A DNA stretch of 63,580 nt, counting the filler, from Octopus bimaculoides (Eukaryota): the NCBI RefSeq assembly GCF_001194135.2. It is 3 parts of 3 records of this genome, joined end to end, with 100 filler letters (N's around TTAATTAATTAA, not from the genome) between each part and the next. Parts side by side here need not be neighbours in the genome. Positions count along the whole stretch, not along the records: positions 17,215 to 45,404 come from NC_068981.1; positions 45,505 to 63,580 come from NC_068991.1; 1 more part is not named here. The stretch is one strand, 5' to 3'. Of this stretch, positions 38,531 through 49,710 are shown one piece after another. Both the position numbers and the translations under genes were made by a program. The stretch's first letter is position 1. The number at the start of each line of letters is the position of its first letter. The notes under the pieces were generated by a model. The model ran no database searches, was not told where the DNA came from, and saw only the letters and a list, made by a program, of their open reading frames with translations.

Positions 38531-41500
38531 ATGTGTGTGCAAATATATAAAGAATGATAGTCCAAATTTTGGATCGAACTGGCTTTTGGGAGTGGCTGAT
38601 AGGTATGTATTTATAGATGTGTGTATGTATGGGTATGTTTGTATATATATGATTGTGCGTGTTGCCGTTTTGAATTGCTTTCTGCGATTGAACTTAAATT
38701 GATCCCTGGCTGTTAAAGACCTAACCACACATACACACACACACATTTGTTTTTTATGTATTGTACCGATTTGAACTGCGGCTATACACAAGATAACGTG
38801 GTAAGTTTTATTTTCTGAAATTTAAATTTTGAATTTGTTTTAATTATAAAATTACACCTCAAATAAAAACACATCTTTTGGTTTGGGAAACAGAAAAAAA
38901 TCTTTTTCTGTCTATATTTTTGTTAAGTTAGAATTTGTCTGTTTTGGTCATGATTTTCCAATTTCCTGTATGAAGAAAAAGGACAGAAGCATTAAAAAAA
39001 TAATTTCTTAGTTCTTGTCATCACTAACACGTTGAAATCAAAGTCATGTAAATACACATGCAATTACACATGCAAGATATATATATATATATATATATAN
39101 NNNNNNNNNNNNNNNNNNNNNNNNNNNNNNNNNNNNNNNNNNNNNNNNNNNNNNNNNNNNNNNNNNNNNNNNNNNNNNNNNNNNNNNNNNNNNNNNNNNN
39201 NNNNNNNNNNNNNNNNNNNNNNNNNNNNNNNNNNNNNNNNNNNNNNNNNNNNNNNNNNNNNNNNNNNNNNNNNNNNNNNNNNNNNNNNNNNNNNNNNNNN
39301 NNNNNNNNNNNNNNNNNNNNNNNNNNNNNNNNNNNNNNNNNNNNNNNNNNNNNNNNNNNNNNNNNNNNNNNNNNNNNNNNNNNNNNNNNNNNNNNNNNNN
39401 NNNNNNNNNNNNNNNNNNNNNNNNNNNNNNNNNNNNNNNNNNNNNNNNNNNNNNNNNNNNNNNNNNNNNNNNNNNNNNNNNNNNNNNNNNNNNNNNNNNN
39501 NNNNNNNNNNNNNNNNNNNNNNNNNNNNNNNNNNNNNNNNNNNNNNNNNNNNNNNNNNNNNNNNNNNNNNNNNNNNNNNNNNNNNNNNNNNNNNNNNNNN
39601 NNNNNNNNNNNNNNNNNNNNNNNNNNNNNNNNNNNNNNNNNNNNNNNNNNNNNNNNNNNNNNNNNNNNNNNNNNNNNNNNNNNNNNNNNNNNNNNNNNNN
39701 NNNNNNNNNNNNNNNNNNNNNNNNNNNNNNNNNNNNNNNNNNNNNNNNNNNNNNNNNNNNNNNNNNNNNNNNTCTAAGATTCAACTAAGTGAATTTAATG
39801 GATTAATCATCTGCTTGCTTCAATTTGCACTACTTAACTCTTGAAAATAAAGCATCTTATTTTGAAAACTAAATAACTTGCATTTAATATATAAAGGTAT
39901 AGCAGCAGCGAGTCAGTTTATACTATTACTATATCTGTTCAATAAATATTTGTAACTGGAAAAATGCGAGTATTTCGCTGGTACTTTATTTTAACAACGT
40001 CAGACGTATGAAAGGAAAAGTTACACCCGACTAGATATGTACCCCTTGAAGTAAGTTCCTTGAAACAAATAACTCTACGCAATGCTTCCGACGGTCTAAT
40101 AATTTTGGACATTGTATGTTGCATAGAGTGTTTTCTGAATTATTCAAATTAATACTGACGTAAACACTTCGCAATTCATTTTGTTTAAGTAAATTCTTTG
40201 GTCGATTGAATAAGCACGCACAATTTTGGATAATCTTTGCTCAGTATGATCGAAACCTGCCTGAAGTTGTTCACTTACATATTACGAAAATCAGATATTC
40301 TTTTAGACATATAAATAATGATTTTATAATATTTAGAGAAAATTAGTTATTAATTAATGATCCTTAAGCTAATTGGTATAATGTCAAAATGTTTCAGCTA
40401 TAGGAAAAATTATATTTGTCACATGAAATGAAAATTAATTTCCTGTGAATGTGACATTCTAAAATATATTTAGCTGTTTTATTTCAGAATATTGACTCAT
40501 ATATATATCTTAATATCAGAGTTAATATTTATTTCCTTGCTAAACATTATTAAACAAGTTTCTTTCGAAATGAAAATGTGACGTTAACTCAAAGTAGAAT
40601 TCTGTGTGATATAAAGAAACCATCATTCTTTGAAGCGGTAATTTCTAAGATGGGATAGATGTGTATTAGAATATATAAAGATACACATCCTCAAAAATGC
40701 ATATTTATGCACGCGCGCGCACGCACACTAACACACACACACACACACTCCTGTATGTTTGTGTATGTGTATGCATGTATGTATGTATGTATGTATGTGT
40801 CTATGCATGGAAAAGTAGTTAAGATTAAGATTTGAAAACACTTGTTTTATATTTTTCTTCAAAAAGTAATTACTGATATCTCATCATCATTCGGCATATC
40901 TCTCAAATCAAGTTTCAAGTGAAACGCTTCACGTGTATTTATAGTTCCTTAACTATCGAATGTATAGTGGAATTTTATATTCGAAGCATATGCATTGAAC
41001 ATGAATATGAATACTTATGAACTTATAGTGAAAAACTTAAACCACTGTACAGACCACGTATGCCTAACACATACATACACATCTAACATATCTACCTATC
41101 TATCCCCACATATACATGTGCACACGCACATACATACACATATATAGAAATATACGCGTGTATGTTTTCACGGGCACGTGTATGTATGCGTGCGTGTGTG
41201 AGTGTCCTCGTAAGCATAATGTACATCTATACACGCTCACGCACACACATACAATGTGTGTGTGTGTGTGTGTGTGTGTTTGTGTGTGTGTGTGCGTGCG
41301 TGCGCATGTGTAGATATATATTATGTTTTGGGGAATACTCTATATAGACAGAAATTGAAATAATTCTTTTTCACTTTCTTAATTTCTAGACACTTTTCTA
41401 TCATTTGTGGAATGATATATTTCCAATTTTCTAGTAGATTTGATATGTAAAATTCAATAAGTTATAATTGACTTTTCAAATTCTCATTGAAACTGTATGT

Positions 41501-41789
41501 AACAAATAAACCCTCATTAAGAGAAAAATAAAATAAAATAAAATAAAATAAATCGAAAACGCACAAGCCATGACTGTTAAAAGCACAGTTCAATCTAATG
41601 GAATTACGGCCGAAGTAAATAACCTTTGGTTTTGCTCCAAAGAGTCAGAATTATAGGCTTTTGTGCAATGTAAGTTCTTGCGGGATTTATGCAAAGAATT
41701 TGGAAGGAATACGTACAATTCTATTTCAGATAAATAGAAACTAACATCTCCTACTGTATTAACAACGGAAATTAGAAGCATGCATGTGC

Positions 41790-42000
41790 AATCTTAATGT
41801 CCAATACGTTATTCTTGTAGGATATCTACATACCAAAGTTGGGAAAATTGTACTAAGGTCAGGATGGGTAAACAAATTGAAAGAAAACGTAATGGATTTT
41901 TATGTTCAGAAATCATGTATTAGCTTAATCAAGCAAGTTGAGAGATTTGCGTCCAAATTGAAATCTTCCATTCACTACGAATCCTGTTATGATATATTCC
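41790..42000 (+). mobile_element. Possible LINE apurinic endonuclease remnant
   Basis: VILVGYLHTKVG...KENVMDFY resembles RTE I.MGDFNAKVG...NENG..L.DFC. Confidence 0.35.
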
Positions 42001-43395
42001 CTCTAAGAACAACCGGATTGTACTATGCAGACTCTAAGAAGCTGTAAAACCTTTCAGAACGCAAAACGTTTTAGAATTGTCTTTCACGAAGAAGTATATT
42101 ATCGACGAAGAGGCCCGGAAAACATTATAGTCTTATTCAGAAGATATTATAGCAGTATTTAGTGTAAATGATTTGTTTCAAATTTTAAAAAATGATAATG
42201 TCAAAGGTTGAATAAGAAAGAGAATATATTTAAATTAAAGTAACAGAAGGACATATACGAAGAAAGTTAATTATGCAATGCTTGAATGTTACATAGTATA
42301 TCCATAAGAATTAAATATATTTAAAGGCGGTGATTTGTTGTTTGAGCCTTTGATGGAATGACTTCACTTACTTCTTTTGTCGCTCTGCACTCAGATCCTG
42401 CTGAAGTCAAATTTGCTCTCCACCTCTCGATGTTTATAAAATCCAGGCCAATAAACTAGCGAAACTGTAAGAAAGTCGTATAAGATACCTTTCGATTTGA
42501 GATATGTGGTCTAGTTCAATGTGTTCTGAAAGCAACGCTTGCAGTTACACTGATACCAAAGTGTAGCAACTTAATTCAGCAGTTTGTCTCTTAGAATAAA
42601 ATATCCGTACCTTCAAGAACAGAGACTTTCATGCTTGGCCATCAGTCAGCTTTTTTCTATAGATGTTGCTACTCTTTAGACATACATATGCAGTTAGGTA
42701 ATCAAGTTTGGATAGTTGGAAGGCGTATATGTCGCGTATAAAACTTGTTAAATTCTAATATTTCCTACAGAAAAAAGTATTTGAATAAAATTTTTGTAAC
42801 TATGTACGATATAATATTCATCGTGCCACCATTACCATAAACACTGGAAACACATGTTTCAAAGCTAGATGATTCAAATCTTGCATTGATTTGCTTATTG
42901 CACTATATTCTCCGAAAACAAAGCTAAATAATTTATGTACAGAACAACATAATTATCAAATAATACTTTTGTACAAATGCTGGAAGCTAGCTCTCTTGAT
43001 TCTAGGGGTATTTTTTAATAGAAAGGAAATATATATATAACAGGACATATATATAAGGGCTTACATTACATAAAAGTAAATTGATGTAGCCTCTTATCAA
43101 TATGGCTGTAAAGGCAGTGAGACCTGGTAAAGAATCAGAATGGAATTATTTGTTTTTGAATATAGTAAATGGAATTCTTAATTTATTTTAAGATTACATG
43201 AATGAGAAAACAAACAAGAGACACTCAAATATTTCGATAATATGATATTGTGTAGCAGTATTAAAAATATTGCTGTGCAGGGAAATAAATTAGACATATT
43301 ATTCAATATTCTATTATATGAAAATTATATCTTCTATAGATGTTTAAGTAGAGAAATATTTTCTAGACGAATTGACTTCATTTCTCTTTTTATAA

Positions 43396-43545
<150 letters not shown>

Positions 43546-44393
43546 ATTTATCATTATTACTCTTGGAAATATAATTACTCAATGCCATATTAGAGCATTC
43601 GGATGATCCAGTCAGTACTTGTCACATATTTGGAAATCTGAGCACGTTTGCGTGGATTTTATACAGTGTGCCGCATACAAGATTTCACAAATCCAATGGT
43701 ATCTAATGGTGTCTTCTGCGCTTGACATGCCCCTGCATTCTTTTCTTTGTAGGTAGGACAAGTCGATACTATAATTAGAGTGCAGCTCGGTGAGCGTTGT
43801 GAGTAGCCTCCTAGTTCTTATGCAATTCCGGTACCTCTGTTTTAGAACATTTTCGAAAAAGAGAAAGTGTACCTTTATCAGGATTGGACTATATATTCAC
43901 TGTTTTGAAAATATTCCATCCGTTTAATTTTATTTTGAGCAATTTCTTTACCATTTTCTTGTATTTTTTTTTAGACTTCGCGCTCATTTCTCATCATTAT
44001 CCTTTTGTCTTGAATAACACCTAAATATTATATCACATTATTTGCAAGCAAGCAAAGCAATGTCCTTGCCAAATTTTCTTTCTGAGGAAATTAGAGAACC
44101 GAGGCCCCTTTCCTTCTCTTGCATACTGTTTAGGTTTATGTATATATAACAGGTGCTATATTTTCACACCAGCTTTTCATAAGCTCATTATCGGGCCTGT
44201 ATTTCTGATGTCAGCTTGTCATAAAATGGCGAAAGGCAATGGAGATGGTGAAAGTCTGTCTCAGGAATAAATGCTATGATTTTTCACATTACCTAATGAT
44301 TATTTCCGTATTTTATTTCTCGCATCCTTGATTTCATCGATATTGCTTTAACGAAGCTGTTAATATTCTGATGTTTTTTTTTGGTTTTTATTT

Positions 44394-44612
44394 GAGGCGG
44401 CGAGCAGGCAGAAACCTTATCTCGCTGGGAAAAAAAAACTCAGCAGTATTTTATCCACTTTTGTGTTCAGAGTTCAAATGCCGTCAGTGTCGACATTGCC
44501 TCTCATCCTGTTCGGGGTCGATAAATTAAGTAGTAGCTGAACACTGGATTAAATCTAATCGAGATAGTCCCTCCCCCGAAATTGTAGGCCTGTGCCAAAA
44601 TTTGAAGCCAAC
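44394..44612 (+). mobile_element. Dominant SINE family copy
   Basis: gaggcggcgagcaggcagaaac...gagttcaaatg...ggggtcgataaattaagtag...aaattgtaggcctgtgcc. Confidence 0.8.
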
Positions 44613-45144
44613 ATTCCCGTTGATTCGAAAGCCCCTATCTACTAGTAATAATAATACTACTATTGCTTCTGGTACTGTACCTGCTACTGCAGAAAACTTA
44701 CTATTGATATAATTATTGTGAAGATGAGGCTATAAATGCGTTTTCTCGTTAAATCACTCAAAAGAGAATGTGACAAGTAAGATTGGAAATGGTTTATTGT
44801 TCAGGTTTTGTTATTTAGAAGACTTTAGGTTGTGGAATGTAGCGCTTTGTTAATTCCATTTTTTTTTTCAAAATTTGGTAATGTGCGTTAAAATTTCCAG
44901 AATTATACTATGAACAATTGAAAATTCTGAGAAGGAAACTGTTTACTTTATTGAGATTTACTTGTACTGCGTGGGGTATAAATCATTTGTTAATTACTCA
45001 CCTAAACATACGTCAACATTTGAGTTGTCGAGTAACTGCCCTAACATCCAGTCATTGTGCTGTAGGAGCTGGGTCAGGCAGTCCCTACCTGGTCAAGAAC
45101 CATGCTAGGTATCAGTCAGCATGTGGTTTTCTTCAAGGATCCGA

Positions 45145-45184
<40 letters not shown>

Positions 45185-45504
45185 ATATAGGATAAAATCT
45201 TTATAAGAATTTATCAAGTAGTCAGCGTGAAAAAACCCATCGTTTTTTTTCTCGTAAATATATATACTTTATATAAGGGCATTACTATATAGTAATGCCT
45301 CACGCTTAAAGGGACTTAATAAGTCAAAACTACCAAAAATAAGCACATATTTACCGAAAGCGAGGGAATGCAACTTTCAAAGTTAACCTCCTAAAAACAT
45401 TTAANNNNNNNNNNNNNNNNNNNNNNNNNNNNNNNNNNNNNNNNNNNNTTAATTAATTAANNNNNNNNNNNNNNNNNNNNNNNNNNNNNNNNNNNNNNNN
45501 NNNN

Positions 45505-46196
45505 TTCACTCCTAAAAATCGTCCTAGAAACAGCAGTTAAAACCCCCCCAAGAAATCCTTCTACTTGTGACCGAGACCTTTGGAAATATGCTGTGTGTGA
45601 GAAGACCCAGCAAGTCAAGTGAGACCATAATCCGAGGCCTCTGCCAGGGATGTAGCCAGCCCACTTATGCATACCTTTCCTTCATTGGACACTAAACTCT
45701 GCATGCGAAGACCTGTTGAGGCAAGCGAAATTGAAATTGTGAAGCACCTGTACCAGTGGAGTGCTAAGAGCACCATCCAAGCGTGATCGTTGCCAGAGCA
45801 GCTGTCTGGCTTCCATGCCAGTGGCACGTAAATAGCACCATTTGAGCGTGATCACTACCAGCATCGCCTTCCTGGCACTTGTGCTGGTAGCACGTGAAAA
45901 GACATTCGAGCGAGGTCATTGCCAGTGCCGCTGGACTAGCTCCTGTGCAGGTGGCACATAAAATACACTATTTTGAGCATGTTCGTTGCCAGTACCGCCT
46001 GACTGGCATTCGTGCCAGTGGCATGTAAAAGCACCCACTACACTCTCGGAGTGGTTGACGTTAGGAAGAGCATCCAGCTGTGGAAACTCTGCCAAATCAG
46101 ATTGGAGCCTGGTGTAGCCGTCTGGTTCACCAGTTCTCAGTCAGATCATCCAACCCATGCTAGCATGGAAAGCGGACGTTAAACGATGATGATGAT
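45505..46196 (+). mobile_element. RTE-associated LINE 3' region ending in (GAT)n
   Basis: ...gagaagacc...cccactacactctcggagtggttg...catgctagcatggaaagcggacgttaaacgatgatgatg. Same family as 56590-57030 and 57919-58515. Confidence 0.85.
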
Positions 46197-46515
46197 GGCT
46201 GCACCAGGTTCCAATCTGATCTGGCAGAGTTTCTACAGCTGGATACCCTTCCTAATGCCAACCACTCAGAGTGTAGTGGGTGCTTTTACGTGCCACCGGC
46301 ACGAGGGCCAGTAAGGTGATACTGGCAACGGCCACGCTCAAATGGTGTTCTTACATGCCACCTGCACAGGAGCCAGTCCAGCAGCACAGGCAACGACCTC
46401 GCTTGAATGTTGTCTTTCATGTGCCAGTAAGGCAATGTTGGTAATGATCACGCTCAAATGGTGCTTTTTACGTGCCACCAGCACGGGAGCCAGTCAGCGG
46501 CCCTGGCAACAATCA
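46197..46515 (-). mobile_element. Second RTE 3' fragment, inverted relative to 45505-46196
   Basis: ggctgcaccaggttccaatctgatctggcagagttt is the reverse complement of aaactctgccaaatcagattggagcctggtgtagcc. Confidence 0.85.
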
Positions 46516-46518
46516 TGC

Positions 46519-46567
<49 letters not shown>

Positions 46568-46669
46568 TGAGAGAATTTTAATATGATTAATTATATATCA
46601 ATAATGAATGTAAACAATTATAATTTTATTAGTATAAATACAATTTTACAATTAATGATAGAAAGTATG

Positions 46670-47075
46670 TACAGGGTGTCTACAAAGTTTGGGTACATGG
46701 TGTAAATAAAATCATAACATAAACAATTAAATATAAGAAATGATAATTTTCCTCTTTTACTTTTGTTTACCTTCCTCCCCTTGACTTTTTTTTCTGGGGT
46801 ATGTTGAAAGAGAAAGTTTACTCAATAAAGATTACAGATTTAAACCACACGAGAGAACGCATTACCAGTCAGTGTGCTGAAATTGATGGCAACGTAGACT
46901 TATGTAGACTTATTTAATGGAGTTCACCTGAATTTTGCAAGGTGCATCAAGTTATGCATTGAAAATGATGAAAATCATTTTGAAAATATTATTCATTAAC
47001 ATTATAATTAAATAAAATTCTTTTATTTTAAAAGCATGTGTTAATCCCCATCTACCCGGACATTGTGGACCTGTA
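46670..47075 (+). mobile_element. Tc1/mariner-derived internally deleted element (MITE) with TA target duplication
   Basis: TA-cagggtgtctacaaagtttgggtacatgg ... ccatctacccggacattgtgga-cctg-TA form imperfect TIRs. Internal PLDFFFWGMLKEKVYSIK transposase motif. Confidence 0.85.
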
Positions 47076-47096
47076 CATTTGTAATACATTTGGACA

Positions 47097-47345
47097 TTAT
47101 GGACATTTGTGGATCTGTACATTGGTAATATCTTCGAAAAGTATTTCTTCAGTTTCCATGAAATTGGTTGCTTTTTCCAAGCAGACAGCTGGACAGTATC
47201 CAACATTGTCACCTATGTCAACTCTCCACCATTCAGTATTTCCACATCCATCGTTCTTTGTAATGACTGTAACAAACTGTCCTTCATAGAGAGATACTTC
47301 TGGTTGGTTAGCTTGTGCATCATAAGGGATTTTTGCAAAGTAGAA
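47097..47345 (-). CDS. DNMBP: Tuba/DNMBP-ARHGEF37/38-family gene, terminal coding exon (C-terminal SH3 domain plus stop)
   Basis: Strong acceptor ctttctcctctctctccAG, phase 0. FYFAKIPYDAQANQPEVSLYEGQFVTVITKNDGCGNTEWWRVDIGDNVGYCPAVCLEKATNFMETEEILFEDITNVQIHKCP*. The K.D..GN.EWW signature is typical of this family's last SH3. Orthology versus ARHGEF37/38 is not resolved. Confidence 0.88.
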   Translation of the reverse strand, partial: FYFAKIPYDAQANQPEVSLYEGQFVTVITKNDGCGNTEWWRVDIGDNVGYCPAVCLEKATNFMETEEILFEDITNVQIHKCP

Positions 47346-47625
47346 CTGGAGAGAGAGGAGAAAGACATCAAGAAGTATTTTATTTAGTGTTAATATTAAA
47401 AAAAAAAAAAAAAAAATTTATATTAATGTAGTGTTATAAAAATTTAATCACTCCTGCTTTCAAAGAACTGTAAAGCATTTAGAAAATTTTAAAATATATA
47501 TATTTTACATTTTTCACTTCAAAAATGTTTGGGTAATATATCTTGCAGTTGCTATTGTCAACTGGCCAACTGAACAGTGTCAATCCACTTGCTGGCTCCT
47601 ATTGCATCCTTCTCTTAGCAATAGG

Positions 47626-48100
47626 TTGTTGGCATTAAGGTGGTAAGCTGGCAGAAACATTAGCTCACTGGGCAAAACGCCTAGCAGTATTTCGTCTGCC
47701 ACTACGTTCTGAGTTCAAATTCCACCGAGGTTGCCTTTGCTTTTCATTCTTTTGGGGTCAATTAAATAAGTACCAGTCATGCACTGGGGTTGGTGTAATC
47801 AACTTAAACCCTTTGTCTGTCCTTGTTTGTCCCCTCTATGTTTAGCCCCTTGTTGGCAATAAAGAAATATATTGTTGGCATTAAGGTGGCGAGCTAGCAG
47901 AAATGTTAGCACACTGGGCAAAATGCTTAGCAATATTTTGTCTGTCTTTACATTCTGAGTTCAAATTCTGCTGAGGTCGACCTTGCCTTTCATCCTTTTG
48001 GAGTCGATAAATTAAGTACCAGTTGCATACTGGGGTCAATCTAATCAACTGTCCTCCTCTCGCAAAATTTCAGGCCTTGTACCTAGAGTAGAAAAGACTA
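47626..48100 (+). mobile_element. Head-to-tail dimer of two SINE subfamilies (intronic)
   Basis: Copy 1 at ~47639-47868, copy 2 at ~47885-48100. The two tails differ. Confidence 0.9.
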
Positions 48101-49496
48101 TGTTGTTGCCATTGTTGTTGGCCAGGTCTTTGAATGCAGGCCTATGATCAAAAGCATTCCAACCATGCCAGCTTAGATTATATCCAGTGTATCTCCTTCT
48201 TTAACACACCAAACCGTTATTACTATAAAAGCTTCCTTATTAGTTTTGTTCTACCTATACATTCCCATCATGACTATAATGGAGGTGATCCAGTCAGAAT
48301 GGAGCAGTTACTGTTCCTTTATACATATTATTGGTGATGTGTATCCTAGCAGAATGTTTGGTTCTAATGAAGTTCCAACAATATGATGGGTCCTCATCCA
48401 AGACATTTTACTCACTTAGGTTACAAATAAATAATGTGAATAGATGCCACTCATCACTCATTAGGGACACTAAATCACAATGGTGGTGACGGTGATATGG
48501 CTAATTGTAGTTAACTGAGAAGTATAGTTGTTTGCATTAATACCCACAAAAAGATGGAAAACAAAGTGAATTGTGTTAAAACAACTTATGATTGTAGGGA
48601 GAAAGGACAAAATACTAAAACAAAATTAAGCTAACATTTTCTTTTATCTTGCTCTCCTAGAGTATTACAAATTGATAAGTGTTTTGATTACCTTGTGTTC
48701 TGAAGTTAAATGTCACCAGGATATAAGATTTTGAGATGGGGAAGGGGAAGGTTACAAGTGTTAGGATTTTCTTAAAATCCAAATGTTATACTGGAACTAA
48801 ATAAAAATTAGTTTGAAAAAGTGGTGTGTGGATGTAGTTCAAATCTTCTACTTGACAATGGATGTTATAAAGTTTGAAAATTTGGATATTTGTATAAAAA
48901 TTCTGTAAGGCTAAAATGAGCAAATAAAATTTTTTCTTTCCTTTATTAGTCTGGCTATTCATATTCAGATAATGAAAAAAAGATATTATATCCTTAACAA
49001 ATGTCAGCAAAAATATCTATTTTTCCTTTGTATTGTCTCTGAATTTAAATTTGAAAACGGATATGCTGGTTGCAGTTGGAACACTTCCATTCTTACTAAT
49101 GCAGAAAATATCTCTGAACCCATAAAATATACAGGACAGTCACAACTAGAAAATTTGAAAGAAATAATTGCTTCAGTAAAAACAAGAGTTGGCCACAGCT
49201 ACAAGTTTCATTCTTACTTATGTTTGATAACTGCATGAATAAATTCTGATTTTTTGATGACCTAACCATTGAAATTTGCTTAATTTAGTGCCTCTTCAAC
49301 AAAAAAACTAAATCAAACTCTTTTGTTTTGGAATTGCCAAATTTCTGATTTGGTCTGTGAAATAAAGAATACTGAGAAAACACAAACACAGACAACTTAA
49401 TAGTCAGGGCACTCAACTGATGGAATTGCATCTTAATACTATATCTCACTCACTTCTATCTGTTACATTGTCTAATCAATAATATATATTGTATAA

Positions 49497-49710
49497 GATG
49501 GTAAGCTGGCAGAACCGTTAGCACACCGTGCCAAAATACTTGGCGGTATTTCGTTTGTCTTTACATTCTGAGTTCAAATTCTGCCGAGGTTGACTTTGCC
49601 TTTCATTCTTTCGGGGACGATAAATTAAGTACCTATTGCGTACCGGGGTCGATCCTATCGACTGGCCCCTTCTCCCTAAATTTCGGGCCTTGTGCCTAGA
49701 GTAGAAAAAA
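49497..49710 (+). mobile_element. Dominant SINE family copy (intronic)
   Basis: aagatggtaagctggcagaaccgttagcac...tttcgggccttgtgcctagagtagaaaa. Confidence 0.9.

Noticed and set aside
44998-45060. Minus-strand exon-like unit HNDWMLGQLLDNSNVDVCL|GTgagt downstream of the gene
   Set aside because: Weak acceptor, lies past the stop-containing exon, overlaps repeat-like sequence and has no homology.
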